Position numbers and translations under genes: made by a program. A stretch of 64,000 nt of DNA. Origin: the human T2T-CHM13v2.0 reference genome, Homo sapiens. The notes under the pieces are model-generated. The model ran no database searches and was not told the origin of the DNA. It saw nothing but the letters and a program-made list of their open reading frames with translations. Below are positions 43,708-57,039 of this stretch, piece by piece (position 1 is the first letter of the stretch; each line of letters starts with the position of its first letter). Location of the stretch: the NCBI RefSeq assembly GCF_009914755.1, contig NC_060932.1. The stretch is one strand, 5' to 3'.

Positions 43708-44063
43708 TGATGTGGTTTGGCTCTGTGTCCCCAACAAAATCTCATCTTGAATTGTAATATCCTCACATGTCAAAGGCAGGACCAGGTGGAGATAACTGAA
43801 CGACGGGGGCACATCTTCCCCCATGCTGTTCTCATGATAGTGAGCTAGTTCTCTTGAGATCTGATGGTTTAAAAGGAGCTTCCCCCTTCACTGTGCACTC
43901 ATTCTCTCTCCTACCACCCTGTGAAAAGGTGCCTTCAGCCATGATTGTAAGTTTCCTGAGGCCTCCCCAGCCCTGCAGAACTGCGAGTCAATTAAACCTC
44001 TTTCCTTTATAATTTACCCAGTCTCAGGCAGTTCTCATAGCAGCGTAAGAACGAACTAATAAA
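43708..44063 (+). mobile_element. THE1C-like MaLR solo LTR
   Basis: tgatgtggtttggctctgtgtcccc...ccatgattgtaagtttcctgaggcctccccagcc...gagtcaattaaacctctttcc...gaactaata. Confidence 0.9.
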
Positions 44064-44324
44064 CCATCATTTTTCCCCTATGGGGTGTCAATAGCATAAA
44101 AAAAGAAACTAGTTCATTTACACATTCATTTATTCCACCAGCAATTCTGAGTGTTTACTGTGTGCCAGGGGAGCTGTACCAGGCATTGAGGATCCCAATT
44201 GAAGGAGACTCAGTTCCTACCTTCCTGGTGAGCCTACTCTAGTGGAGGAGAAAGATGCCTGAATCAACCATCTCATGTCATCAATATGTACAATAATAGA
44301 GGTGCACCCAGTGGTAGCAGACAA

Positions 44325-44610
44325 TAGAATTTTAGAATTGAGAGGAAGCTTTGAAGCTGATCAGTCCAAACCTTTCTGATGTGTGGAGTCTAGCTATAGG
44401 CATCCAGCTTTGGCCCCATCATCTACAATCTAATGGAGCTCACAGCCCATCTCCATTCCCAGCCCTTGGCAGCCTTTGGACAGCTCTGACTGTTTGAAAG
44501 TTTTTTCTTATGTTGAGCCAGTATTTGTCTCTTGGAAACTGCTACACAGCCCATGGAGTTGGTCCCATTTTTCTTCTGCATGACAATCCTTCAGATATTA
44601 AAACTCAGCT
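44325..44610 (-). mobile_element. L3/CR1 LINE relic
   Basis: tttggacagctctgactgtttgaaagttttttcttatgttgagcc, typical CR1/L3 3' motif. Confidence 0.6.
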
Positions 44611-45209
44611 TTCAGGTGGCAGGCAAGCAGGGATGATCTCAGCCTCACATTGCACAAGGAAACAGTGGGGGCTCCTGGGACGCATCCTTCAAGACTTCAA
44701 GAAGGGACTCTATTTGACGTTGAAGGTATGATGAGACTGCCTAAGTTTGGATTTATTTTGATTTTAACTACTTGTCTTGCCAATTTTACTGTAATTTACA
44801 AAGCACATTAGCATTCATTAATTTGCAATGCCCACATATCATACTGGTAAGATGGTCCAGAATTATTTATTATATCCTTTTTGTTCACAAATAAAACAAG
44901 AGCAGGAGAGGTATTGTGCTTACTTTATACAGCTAACATCTGCTAGATCTGGGACCAAATCTTGAGGCCCTGGGTGTAGAGAAAATGCCACCCTGGTGTC
45001 TTCTCCCTTCTGAATGTAGTTGACCTACATTCAGTCAGTTCTTTCCATATTCAACTTTAAAGTCTTCCCTGAAATTTGTCTTCTTAAATATTGACTACAT
45101 TGTATCACTCCCTCTATTAAAAAATCCTCCGTAATTTCTTTTAAATTGCAGGATAGACCTGCAAGTCCTTAGAATGACATTCAATGCTCTCAATGCTGCC
45201 TGCCTTCCA

Positions 45210-45920
45210 GGAGTTTCAGGGATAGTAGGGTGGACAGATGAATTACAAAGGAGCACACACTACAGAGATAATTCAGAGATAATTACATGCACAAGTGTTT
45301 TGAGAATAGCAGAGGAGGGTGAAGATCAGAGGATGCTTCCAACCATTGGTGATACCTGAGATGGACTTTAAGGATGTGCATGCCACCAGAGGGTCAACAG
45401 GAGTCAAGATGACCTGGAGAAGAGAAGAAGCTTGGAGGCTCTGTATGCAGAAAACTCTAAGTAATTCTGTGTTGCTGGAGCCCTAGGTACCAGAAGGGGC
45501 TTGGAGAAACATGAGACTGCACGGAAGCTCGGGCCAGCTTACTGCACTGTAAGCTGTTAAATGAAGAGGTTTGGACTTTATCCTGTATGCTGGGATGAAC
45601 CAAATAGGATTTGAAGCAGGCCAGTGCCTACTGCATTTGGAATTTGCACTGGAGAGCTAGCACTTTCCTATCCCTGGGGGAAGAATGGACTGGAGTTGGA
45701 GGTGGGGGCAAGCAGAGGTGGGTGGGAGGGGAGTCAGTCTAGTTGCAGGTGATATAAGGTAACATTTCACCGTGATTCAAGTGAGAAATCAAGAAGAGTG
45801 ACAGTAATCACAAGAAGAGGAAGGATTTTCATATATCCCTAGAAAAGGAAACTAGAGAAACTAATGAGACAAGTGAGTGGTTGTGGGAGATAAAGGAGAG
45901 GGAGAAGTCACACTGCTGTC
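45210..45920 (-). mobile_element. L2 relic
   Basis: gaggtttggactttatcctgta...ggatttgaagcagg...tcaagtgaga motifs. Confidence 0.6.
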
Positions 45921-46084
45921 ATATATTTAGGAACTTCCAGATGGGGCAGAAGACACTGACTTGCTCATTGTCATTGTCATACCTAGACTAAGGTTTGCAG
46001 AAAGGAGATGTGCAGAACCTATTTGCAGAAAAATTAATTTATTTAAGCTGATTGAATAAGAAAGACCTCTCTCACCTTTATGCG

Positions 46085-46452
46085 TGGTGGCCAAGACTGC
46101 TGGCTAACCACTTACACTCGCTCCTTCTTTTTCCACTCCACTGGACTTTATTTCCTGGTAGTTAGGTGAGATTGTGTAATGGAGATCTACAAGAGAAGTA
46201 ATATTTTCACTTTTAGGCCTCGTTCATACACACTCCTCCATGTTTTACCTTTCCTCCAGCCTGATGTGGAGTAACAGGGTGCAGCACTAAGAGAGAAGGA
46301 GACTGGTTCCTGGATTGCTTTGTGGATGAGAGCTGGCCACCTCCGGAACAGCCAGTTTAGACATTACACGAGCAGGGAATCAACTTCTATTGTGTTTGAA
46401 CCACTATGCATAGATTTGTTTGTTACAGCAGTTAGCCTAGCCTAACTAATAC
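46085..46452 (+). mobile_element. MLT1I/J-like MaLR LTR
   Basis: 3' end aacttctattgtgtttgaaccact...tttgtttgttacagcagttagcctagcctaactaataca. Confidence 0.75.
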
Positions 46453-46929
46453 ACCTCTTCAGTTTCCTGTCTCACCTGGAAAGAGGGTGCTGCTTTAACT
46501 ATTAGAGTGAGTCACTGTGCGTAGCAGATTGTATACATTGCCTCACTTAATCTTAAATGTGTTCTGCAGTTTTTCAGCACTGTTTTGCAGAAGAACAAAA
46601 AACCCTGAAGCTTGTTAGTTTGCTTAAAGTTACACCATGTTTCCCTACACACAGTGCATGAGATGTGTAATGTAAACAGTTTCTTCAGAGATTCTTTCTG
46701 TCTACTTCCCCTCTCATACTTAGAAAGTAATATAATCATCAAGAAAAAAATAGAAGGTGGAAGAGGAAGAGAAGAAGAAAGAAAAATTAGCTATCGAACT
46801 TTTCATTGGTTCAGGTCTAATTTCCATAAATGTCAAGAGAGATTAACTGGCATTTGCATTGGGCTGACTGTATGCATTCACAATGGCTGATGCCATCGCC
46901 AGTTAGTGCTTTGGAAAGCATTGCTATAC

Positions 46930-47390
46930 TCCTGTTCCTCCATTCTTACATCGTTTCCACTTTGGGTCTCTGCTCTTTAGCCACACTAACCTCTCAGTTC
47001 CTTAAATGTGTTACTCTTCTTCCTGCCCCAGGGATTTTGCAAGTGCTGTTTCCTTTGCTGGGAGTATCATTACCCCTCCATTAGATTGGCTAATTTGTGC
47101 TCATCCTTCTGCTTTCTCCTTAAATAGCACTTTCTCAGGGAAGCCCTCCCTGACCCCAAGACTGTGGTATGTCCCCTAATATAACCTCTTATTGCAGTCT
47201 GGACTTCCCCTTTGTGGCAGTCATCAGAGTTTTTACTGTGTAATCACTTTTATAATTTAGTGTTTAGGTCTGTTATGTCCAGCTGACTATCAGCTCCACG
47301 AGGGCAGGGATGGAATCAGTCTAGTCAGTTGCTCTGTACCTGGAACTTAGCACAGTGACTGCCAAATAGTGTTGACTTCATAAATAGTGA
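46930..47390 (+). mobile_element. L2 3' region
   Basis: ccagggattttgcaagtgctgtttcc...tcagggaagccctccctgacc...agctccacgagggcaggga...ttagcacagtgactg. Confidence 0.75.
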
Positions 47391-47620
47391 GCAATCATGA
47401 AAAAGCAGATTTTCCTTTTGTAGAACAATAAAACTCACACAAAGAAAAGCTACAGTTTCAAATGGCTTTCTGGGAAACATAGTACAAATGTGAAATTCTG
47501 AAATGAATCAGGCTACTTGGTAAGTAGATACTGACTTAAATCTAAACCAAGTAAGATGCCATCCTATTTCAAAAGGTGAGAATAAGAGTGCAAAGGACCA
47601 GTGCAGCAGATCCTTCCTGA

Positions 47621-47645
47621 TGGTGAGTCAGTGGTGGTGAGTCAG
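47621..47645. promoter_or_regulatory. Tandem pair of AP-1 sites (candidate enhancer core)
   Basis: tggTGAGTCAg repeated with 14-bp period (47624-47630, 47638-47644). Motif match only. Confidence 0.4.
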
Positions 47646-47759
47646 GCACCTCCCACTCACAGCCACCCGTGCACACTCTTGGGGCACTTTCTGTTGGATG
47701 TCGACTTGATGGTGACTTGGGAGTCGTAGGCAGTGAGCCCTTGCCCTAAAGGAGGCGGG

Positions 47760-47985
47760 AAGAGCATTGGAGTCAGAATCTTGTTCTGCTGCTTTCGGGA
47801 GCTAAGCAATGATGGGCAACTCTGAGTCTCAGTTCCCTCACTTGTAAAATGAAGAGAATATTATATTTCCACAGCTTACCTGTTAAGTTGTTTGCAAGGC
47901 TCAAATGTGCTAATGTCTTTTAATGGGTGGAAGTGCCTTACAGTGAGACTGGAACTTAGCAGCTACTCAAGAAATTGTAACTGAC
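47760..47985 (+). mobile_element. MIR SINE
   Basis: ggagtcaga...ctctgagtctcagttccctcacttgtaaaatg core. Confidence 0.75.
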
Positions 47986-48324
47986 ATCTAGTGCTCTCCC
48001 AATATTGGGGCTTATTTCAGATGCTTAGGACATGTTTTATTTGAATTCTGTTAATAAGGAAAAGAAGGGAATCCTTTATCTTTTGCTAGTGGATTCAAAA
48101 GCTAACGTGATTTCTGGCAAATGGTTGAAACCTGAAGACAGTGATTTGATTCCTTAATTGTGACAGTGTGTGTACCTTCTTCACAAAGTGTAAGGTATTA
48201 TGCGAAGAGTAGTACCCTAGTGGGGCTACAGCCTGAATGAAATCTCTCTATGAAAGAACTTGTGGGTAGCTTGATCACTGTTAGCAGACAAGATGTTAAA
48301 GAGTTTGTCTCCCTAGATTTTGAC

Positions 48325-48560
48325 ATTCTTTGAGCACTACTATGCATCAAGTACACCCTGTTAAACACTTTTCACATGCAGTTTTGTTTACTCCTTGCCA
48401 TATTTCTGTGATGAATTTATTATAATTTCTATATTAAAGATAAGAAAACTCAGATTCAAAGGGACTGAGTAACTTGGCCTTAGTCATAAAGCTAGTAAAT
48501 AGCAAAGCTGGTATTTGAACCCAAGTCTCTCCTCAGCGAAATACCATGCACTTCAAAATA
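48325..48560 (-). mobile_element. MIR SINE
   Basis: ttgagcactactatgcatca...gagtaacttggccttagtcataaagctagtaaatagcaaagctggtatttgaacccaagtct. Confidence 0.8.
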
Positions 48561-48942
48561 CATTATATTTTATCTCTAGTTAAACACCTTCCATGGAGAG
48601 TAAAGGCCAAAATTTAGGTAGGATAATCTAGATGCACTTTATTAATAATAACAATAAGTTAAATAGTCATAGCATTATTGCCTGGCAATTTTTAGGAACA
48701 ACTAGAGTTTCCTTTAGAATGTTGTACTTTTCTTTTCTTTTTTTTTAAACAGAAGCCTTTACTTGATGGTGTGTGAAACCCCTGAGTAGAGAGGAGTGGA
48801 CAAATCACTGGACTGGGGGTGGTTTTGACCCTGAGCCTCTACTTAACGTGACTTTGGGGAAATCACACAGATTCTCTGAGCCACATTTCTCCTTATGTGT
48901 GAAATGGGGACAATTATGCTGGTTACTTGCCTACATTTGTAG

Positions 48943-49256
<314 letters not shown>

Positions 49257-51379
49257 CATTGATGGATTTTGAGAGGCTGTATCAAGATAATTGTACAGTG
49301 TTATGCAAAAGATGCCATACTGTGTCAAGGCAGAGTTACAACATAGCTTCCACTTTGTTGAATCCTATAGATCTTCTTGGCATTCTATTCCTGATAAAAA
49401 TTTATGGTTGATCAGCTCTAACAACAAAACTCTCTTCCTATGGCTTACAGGTATCCTGAAGTATTTCAATTTTTGCATACATGGATGTTTTCTAATTGAG
49501 GGAGGTGAAATTCTACTTTGAGGTCGTGGACTTAAGGCACCACTACAATGAAATTCATTTGCTTTCATTGACGTTAGGTGAATCCTTCATTTGTGGACAG
49601 CTGTGTTACACAAACTCAATCTGTGACTGCAGTCCATGGCCTTATCTCGTGAGTCTTGTCACTGTCAGAATCAAACTCAAATACTGCAGGGACTAAGGAT
49701 TTCAAAGAAGTGGTCATTTCTGAGATCACAGAAGCCTGCTCTGGGGGGTTTCTGTCACTGGCCAGAGACCCTCGATGGAATTACAGCCCTTTAGTTCATT
49801 CTTGCTTTTGTTTATTTTCTGGAAGCACCGTACTCAGCTTTCTTTGCCTTATCTGAAGAGACAGAGCCAGCCATGAGGTCTAGTCAATTGCATTTCTACA
49901 ATTTTATTAGAATGGCTGGGTAGATTAGCTTTATTAAACATGAAATGAATGTCTTGGGTATTCATCAGAGTCTCCCACAGATCCTGGGGTAATTTAGTTT
50001 CTTGGGTTTTTTTTTATTTTTTTTATTTTTTATTTATTTATTTTTAGAAGTGTCTGTGGAAAGAGACTAGAACAAGGAGCCAAAGAAACCAGAAGACTTG
50101 GGTTGCTGGATTACAATTTTGTAACTTTTGTAAGTCACCTTGAGCATAGCCAGAAGCCTTATGATATTGGTTAGCCATAAGAGCAAAGTGCCATGGAGCT
50201 CAGTGGGGTGGCAAGGGAGTGGCAGGAGAAGATACTGTAGAGTTACATTTGAGTGAGATTTAAATTATTAACTTGATTTCTTCGGGCAGCCAGGGAGAGG
50301 AGCATTCTTCACAGAGGAAGCTGATTAAACAAATCAAGCAAAATGAAAGTCAATGATTGGTCTCAGAAGTGGGGCATCTTTGGCTGTGGTGGGAAAGAAA
50401 GATATACCAGCGGAGTTTGGAGAGGTAGGATTTTGGGAGCAGCTCATGAAAAGCTTATAAAACGAAGCTTATGTGGTTACACTGGATACTGGACAATTCC
50501 CAAATGCTGCTGAGCATAGGGAAGTGGAGAAGGAACACGATTAGAGTATTTTCATTATGCAGCCAATATCCAATAAAACACTTTCAAGGCAACTCAGCGA
50601 ATACCTTACCAGAAAACCAAAGGGATCATTAGCTCTTCACATTAGCCCTGCATGGTATGTGAACTCCAGTAGCTATTACTTACTTAGCAGATGCAGAAAT
50701 TGAGACTTGGGGGCTGGGGGTTAAATGGTCAAGGACACTACTCAAATAATGCAGGAGTTAAAAAAATTATATTTTGAGATCATGTTATATATTTCTGTTT
50801 GCTAGAATCCTACTGAATCCATGAATTCCTATGAACTTCAGTTGGAGACTAGGTAACATTTGCTATGATACCTTACAAGGGTTCCCATCTCTGGTTTGGA
50901 AGTTCTTCCAAGATTCCAAAATGAAAAGAGGCCAACATTGCATCAGTAAAAATCAGAGTCATTAATACTTAGTAGAAATATTTGGCCTCTCTTTTAATTA
51001 TTTCTTAGACTCATATCACTATTTTCATAGGCTCTAGGAGAGGCTGGAACATGTCGAAAGAATGCTGTGCTGCTAGAAATTTTGTAATTTTTCTACATCA
51101 GCTCTGATAAGGTAGGCTTCAACCCCTGCTATTAATGCCACAGTGGAAGCTCAAGAGGTTCTGGGAGAACACAAGAAATGTGTCTTCACAAATACTTTCA
51201 GAGAAGATTATATATTTATACAGATTTGGCAGATAAACTCAAAGAATCCACTTGACTTGACTAAGTTTCCTGAGGGTTACAATGTTGCATCTCAGAAAAT
51301 GCAAGAGCAGAACTATGAAAGAACTGGATATTTATTTCTTGAGTTGCCTTCCCAATGATTATAAAAATGAATCCTTGGT

Positions 51380-51595
51380 TTTGGGCATAGCACTGAGAGT
51401 TAGCCAATCTAGGTTGAAACATTCACTCTGAAAGTCATTTGTGTAAATTTTGGGAAGTCACCTGTTCTGAACCTCAGCTTTTATTCCTTTTAAGTGAGTT
51501 ATAATACCATCTTCACATAAAGGTGCTCTATAAATGCAGTCATACATCTACAGACTGAGCTCAGATGCATAGTAAGTGCTCATTAAAAATTACGT
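51380..51595 (+). mobile_element. MIR SINE
   Basis: ttgggaagtcacctgttctgaacctcagctttt...gcatagtaagtgctcattaaa. Confidence 0.7.
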
Positions 51596-51971
51596 GTATT
51601 TGGACTTAGTTTTTTTCCTTCAAGTTCTGGATATTTTAACTGAACTTTTGCTTTTTTTGAGATTCCACTTATAGTAATGCTAATTCTCTTTCAGCTCCTG
51701 GATTCCCTTCCAAACATTTGTAACATAGGAAGACTTTCCCAATCTCCGAGGACTTTCTGTCTTCCCTCTTTCCATCTGAGATGCCTTTTCACCAGACTCT
51801 GGAACTTCTGCATTCAGGGTCGTGTCTGAAGCCAAAGTCAGGTATTAAAAACATTCAGATATAAAAGTAAAGATCTCATTGAGACTAAGAGGAAGATCAC
51901 CTTTTGAGAGTCCCCCAAAAGTTCACTTTATGTCCTACGATATAAATGCCATTCTAAAACATAAAAAATTA

Positions 51972-52622
51972 TACTTGTTTACACTGTTGGTGGGAGTGTA
52001 AATTAGTTCAACCCTTGTGGAACACAGTATGGCAATTCCTCAAAGACCTACAGGCAGAAATACCATTTGACCCAGAAATCCCATTACTGAGTATATACCC
52101 AAAGGACTATAATTGTTCTGTTATAAAGATACGTGCATGCATATGTTTATTGCAGCACTATTTACAATAGCAAAGGCATGAAATCAACCTAAATGCCTAT
52201 CAGTGATAGACTGGATAAAGAAAATGTGGTACATACACACCATGGAATACTATGCATCCATAAAAAGAATGATATCACGTCCTTTGCAGGGACATGGATG
52301 GAGCTGGAAGCCATTATTCTCAGCAACCTAATGAAGGAAGAGAAGAAGACCAATTATTGCGTGTTCTCACTTGTAAGTGGGAGCTGAATAATGAGAACAC
52401 ATGGACACATGGAGGGGAACAACACACACTGGCCCTGTCAGAGTGTGGGTGTGGAGGAGGGAGAGCATCAGGAAGAATAGCTAATGGATGCTAGTCTTAA
52501 TACCTAGGTGATGGGATGATCTGTACAGCAAACCACCATGGCAAATGTTTACTTATGCAACAAACCTGCACATCCTACACACGCACCCCTGAACTTAAAA
52601 AAGATAAAATAAAATAATAAAA
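51972..52622 (+). mobile_element. 5'-truncated L1PA (older L1PA10-13-like): end of ORF2, 3' UTR and A-rich tail
   Basis: tacactgttggtgggagtgtaaattagttcaacc...ataccatttgacccag...ggagggagagcatcaggaagaatagctaatggatgct...cctgaacttaaa. ORF 52193-52387 is a degenerate ORF2 C-terminus (FAGTWMELEAIILS). Confidence 0.92.
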
Positions 52623-53077
52623 ATGTGCTCAATGAAAAATGAAAGTTAGAACTTATTTGTAAAGAGGGTTTTTTAAAGTTGACATAAAATAAGCCATTAT
52701 CCATTTATTGCAAAGGAACTGAGTTTACAGCAAAACATAAGTCAAGTTCTAGAATACTACGGGTTATTTTTTCAAAATGTGATGATGTGCTCTCCTCATC
52801 ATCAGGTTTTGATGTGGGAAATTTAGTATCTTCTGCTATTGAAATTAACATTCACTTCTTTTTCGCTTATCCACAGCCATACCCACCCTCATGCTCTGTG
52901 TTGCTCAGAAATTCCAAGAAGTTTCCTGTTGCCACACTGACAGGAACAGGGTGGAATGTACTGTGGCTGATAACTGCAATGAGGTGCATAGGCCACCAAG
53001 GCAGGCAGGCCCAGGAACAAGTCCTAGCTCCCTTCCTTTCTGCTCAAAGACTTTGTACAAGTTATTTAGCCTTGGTC

Positions 53078-53797
53078 ATAGGTCAGGTTTCCTGGAGAAG
53101 AGAGCCCAGGACTCTGAAGTTTATGTGGAGGAAGCTACTTGAGGAGTAGACTCAGGAACAACTCTCGAGGCAGGGAAGCAGGGATTAGGCACAGGGAGAA
53201 GTGGGACCATGATGCAATTCAGTGGAGGCCCCCAGAAATCCCCACAGGGAATCCTGCCGCTGGGTTGGCCCTTCAGAATTGTCCCAGTTGAAGGCCGGGC
53301 ATGGTGGCTCACACCTGTCATCCCAGCACTTTGGGAGGCCGAGGCGGGATGATCACTTGAGGTCAGGAGTTCAAGACCAGCCTGGCCAACATGGTGAAAC
53401 CCCATCTCCACTAAAAACACAAAACTTAGCTGGGCGTGGTGGTGGGCACCTGTCATCCCAGCTACTGGGGAGGCTGAGGTAGGAGAATCACTTGAGTCCA
53501 GGAGGAGGAGGTTGCAATGAGCCAAGATCACACCACTGCACTCCCTCCTGGGTGACAGAGTGAGACTTTGTCTTAAAAAAAGAAAAAAAGTAAAAAAAGA
53601 ATTTGTCCCAGTTGAGAAGTGGCAGGGCTCTTGTGTATCCATTTTGACCAGTCACGAATGAAAGCTGCCTTCTGAGGAGGAGTAAAAATTGGAGTGAGGA
53701 AGTTCTACTTGGCTGAGTCTACAGGCAGCAGCCAGAGATTTTGGTAGCAGGTGAAATGAGTGCCTCCATCTGGGGGCCCCCTGGGGCAGCCTACTAC
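53078..53797 (-). mobile_element. LTR33 (ERVL) split by an Alu
   Basis: ggtcaggtttcctgg...gaagcagggattaggcacagggagaagt...tggcccttcagaattgtccc...gaccagtca...aatgagtgcctc...ctactaca matches reverse LTR33. Confidence 0.75.
53293..53597 (+). mobile_element. Alu (AluSz/Sx-like)
   Basis: Full dimer. TSD agaatt(t)gtcccagttga (53275-53291 / 53598-53615). Confidence 0.95.
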
Positions 53798-54124
53798 ACC
53801 TTCCCCTAAATGAAGAGTGAGTCACAGCCTCAGGGAGGCTTAATTATTCTACCTAAAATTTCAGTGCCTTAATCTCATACCCCTTCTACCCTGCCTTATT
53901 TTTATCCATGGTATTTTCAGTAGTAATTTATTATAGTAATATGGACTCACCTACTTTATAGTGATTTCTCTATTATGTTTCTGGAACTGCTCTAGAACCC
54001 TGTCCAAACTACTTGAGGACAGAGATTTGTTTTGCTCATAACTTTGCCTAGTTTCTAGAACAGGGCTTGGCATGGACTAAACTGTTTATAAATATATTTT
54101 TAGTTAAGTGCAATAATGAAATTA

Positions 54125-54370
54125 ATAAATATAATACAGATTGAGGACTTACTTTATGGGAAGCACTCAAGTTCCAAACACTTTCAGTAACTAATAAAAT
54201 CTTCACAACTGCCAGGAGACCCTAGTATTAATTATCTCCATTTTACAGATGGAGAAACTGAGGCACAGAAAGTTTAATTATCTGGCTAAGACCTTGCAGC
54301 TAAGAAGTACTGTATTAAGGATCAGAGCCAGGCAAGTGGATTCCTACTCCAAACTGCTAAGTCCTACTCC
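54125..54370 (-). mobile_element. MIR SINE
   Basis: tctccattttacagatggagaaactgaggcacagaaagtttaattatctggctaagacc. Confidence 0.85.
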
Positions 54371-55727
54371 CTTTCTTAGCAGGTCCTCACTAAAGGCTAG
54401 TCATCCCTTCCCTACCTACATTCCTTTCTTCCTTGTCACCTAGAATCTGTGCATAGTCATCACATATTTGGATGCTCCAGATATCTTGGTCGAATCTTTG
54501 CTGTTTTACAGATTCAGTCCAAAGGTGAGAGCTTGGCTCAAACTCCTACCTCCTCTTGCCTTTTTCTCAATACTAGCACCTCAGAACTTGATCGATTCAT
54601 ATAACTTGTTTTTGTTTGTTTCTTTCTTTTTACAAAGCCATTGACAAGTTATGATGCTGTTAGGTTTATGGTGCTGTTTTTCAGGCATCATCTTATTTAA
54701 TCAGCTCATCTTCCCAGGCATATGTGCAGTGCAAGAATGGCTACCTGAATTTTATAGATGAGGAAACAGAGATTCTAAGAAGCTATTTGGAAGTAAAGTT
54801 ACTAATTCTAAGTCCCATGCTTGTTCTATTTTTCTCTTTACTTTTCCTTCTTGGGGGCTAGATAATAAGAATTAAGCCTGGAATTTTTCGGCTTTCCAGA
54901 TTTAGTGAAAGTCACATGGAACATCGGTAAGCATTTCACATTTGCTTTTCCCTATTTGACAAATGAGGAATCTGAGGCACAATGAGGTTACATGATTTCC
55001 CCAGATCATAGGGTGATGTCGCTGCAGCTGGGATATTAGTTTCAAAGCTCATGTGCTTTTCACCAACTTACCTGCTTCTTCTAAGTTAGCAGTTCTGAGG
55101 TCTGCTTGAAAGCTCCATCTATCTTTCCTTGAGCAATGTAATAGGGTTCATGTTTAACATTTTAGAAATAATGCTAATTAAAAGTTTAAAATCTCAGTTT
55201 ACTTTAAATGAACTCAAGATGTTATCACTCTGCTGGCCCCAGAAGATATTCAAAGAGATAGTCTTGGCAGAATTTACTTATTATAAAGATTTCCTTTTCT
55301 TGAGTGTGATCAGGAAAATTTTACGGTATTTCCAGAAACCTAAGGGATTGGAGGAATATTTCTTCTCCTCTTCAAATTTAATTTAATCTCAAAGCAGCAC
55401 AGGCAGTCTTCCTGAGACTGAGCTCCAGAACACAGCTTCCAATGTGGAGAAAAGTAACTTGAAGGAGACTGTCTTACAGGGGTCTGTGGAAAACCTGATG
55501 TCCTTGCTATGGGTCTACTGGAGTGACATTTTCAGCTCAAGGGCAGGTGTGAGTGGACGGTGAAGGTGGCTGTCACCAGGCCAAAATCATATTTACTTCT
55601 TGAGAGAAATGACTAAGGGAATGCATGTTAAAATTCTGTCCTTATGGTAGAAAAACTCAATTCAGTCCCTGGACTATCAGAGCTCTTTATGACCACTGTT
55701 TGAGAACCATCACTCCAATAAAAGCAA

Positions 55728-56145
55728 TGGTAGTTGTGGAGATTTTAAAGTCATCAAGAGGTGGAGAGACTAGTTCCCTAAGCCCTTGAAAAAGGGGAGG
55801 AATTTGAGACTTCTTCAACAAATAAAATGTGACAAATAAAAAGTGACCTTAAGTAATTTCTGAGGTTAGGGTAGAAATGCTTCTGTAGCTCCTTTCTGGC
55901 TCTCTCTTTTGGAAAATGCATTTTTGGATGGCTACCCTGAAGCTGCCATGTTGGAGTGACCACATGAGGAGACCACATAGAAAGAGGACGGGGCCTGAGG
56001 ATGCCAGCTGATGCCTTGTAGAGCAAAGATGAGTCTTCCCTGCTGAGTTTGGCCCAAATGGCACCATCATTAACTAAGTAGATGATCATTACTTATTTAT
56101 GCATCATGTTGGGGGTGATTTGTCACACAGCAACAGATAATCTTA
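55728..56145 (+). mobile_element. MLT1 (F/G/H-like) MaLR LTR
   Basis: ctaccctgaagctgccatgttggagtgaccacatg...gggggtgatttgtcacacagcaacagataa. Confidence 0.7.
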
Positions 56146-56692
56146 GTAATAGCCAATATCATACATGGCAGATTGGAATGTCTTAGTCTCCAATAATTAA
56201 CAGAGAAAAATTCTGCATGTGGAATTTACATTCCTGCATCAAATACAGGAGTCACTTCATAAAATGTTATTAAATGAACTGACGAATGAATGGGTAAATA
56301 ATCTTAGGGAGATCTCTTTCAGAAGAAAAACACTTGAGGTCTATAAGTGACCACATTCATAATTGAAGCCAACCATGGGATGAGGTTGTTAAAAAACCAT
56401 AGAGCCCAATTTAAAGGAGTAAATGGTTTTCTCATTACCTATAATGATTTGATCACAAATAAGTCTTACAATAATTTTGGACATGGCAATTTAAGAGGAT
56501 CTAACAAACTGAAGGGTGGCCAGGATGGTGTGCAATCTCAAAAGCCTGTTCCATGACAAGTTGAGAGGTATTTAATTAGCCTGGAGAACAGAAAGGAAGA
56601 CAAAGAATTGTTTCAGACCCTTGGAGAAGATGACAGGCTTCTTTTCTGTTACTCACAAGTTGGAGTAGAACAAACAGTCCAATGCTGTAAAG

Positions 56693-56897
56693 TAGCAGTT
56701 GGTGAACTTTTCTATAAAGGGGCAGATAGTAAATATTTGAGGCTTCAGAAGCCACATGGCCTCTGTTATGACTACTCACTCAACTCTGCCTTTGCAGCAG
56801 AAAATAAACCATGGTCAATAAGTAGACAAATGAGATGGTCATCTCCAATAAAACTTTATTTATAAAAACAGGCAATGGGCAATATTTGGCCCCCTGA
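56693..56897 (+). mobile_element. MER58A
   Basis: aacttttctataaaggggcagatagtaaatattt...ccaataaaactttatttataaaaacaggc. Confidence 0.85.
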
Positions 56898-57039
56898 TAT
56901 AAAAAGATTGATTTTTTTTTCAATATAAGCTTGAGTTTCCTAATAAAGCTATTAAACTTCAGAATTGCTTTAGAGAAGACTGATATTTTGTTAGTGTGTT
57001 TAAAATACACTAAATGTACTAGACTGTGACAAAATAGTC

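Noticed and set aside
53121-53642. 173-aa ORF and many similar LSPRLECSG-type ORFs
   Set aside because: Alu-derived reading frames.
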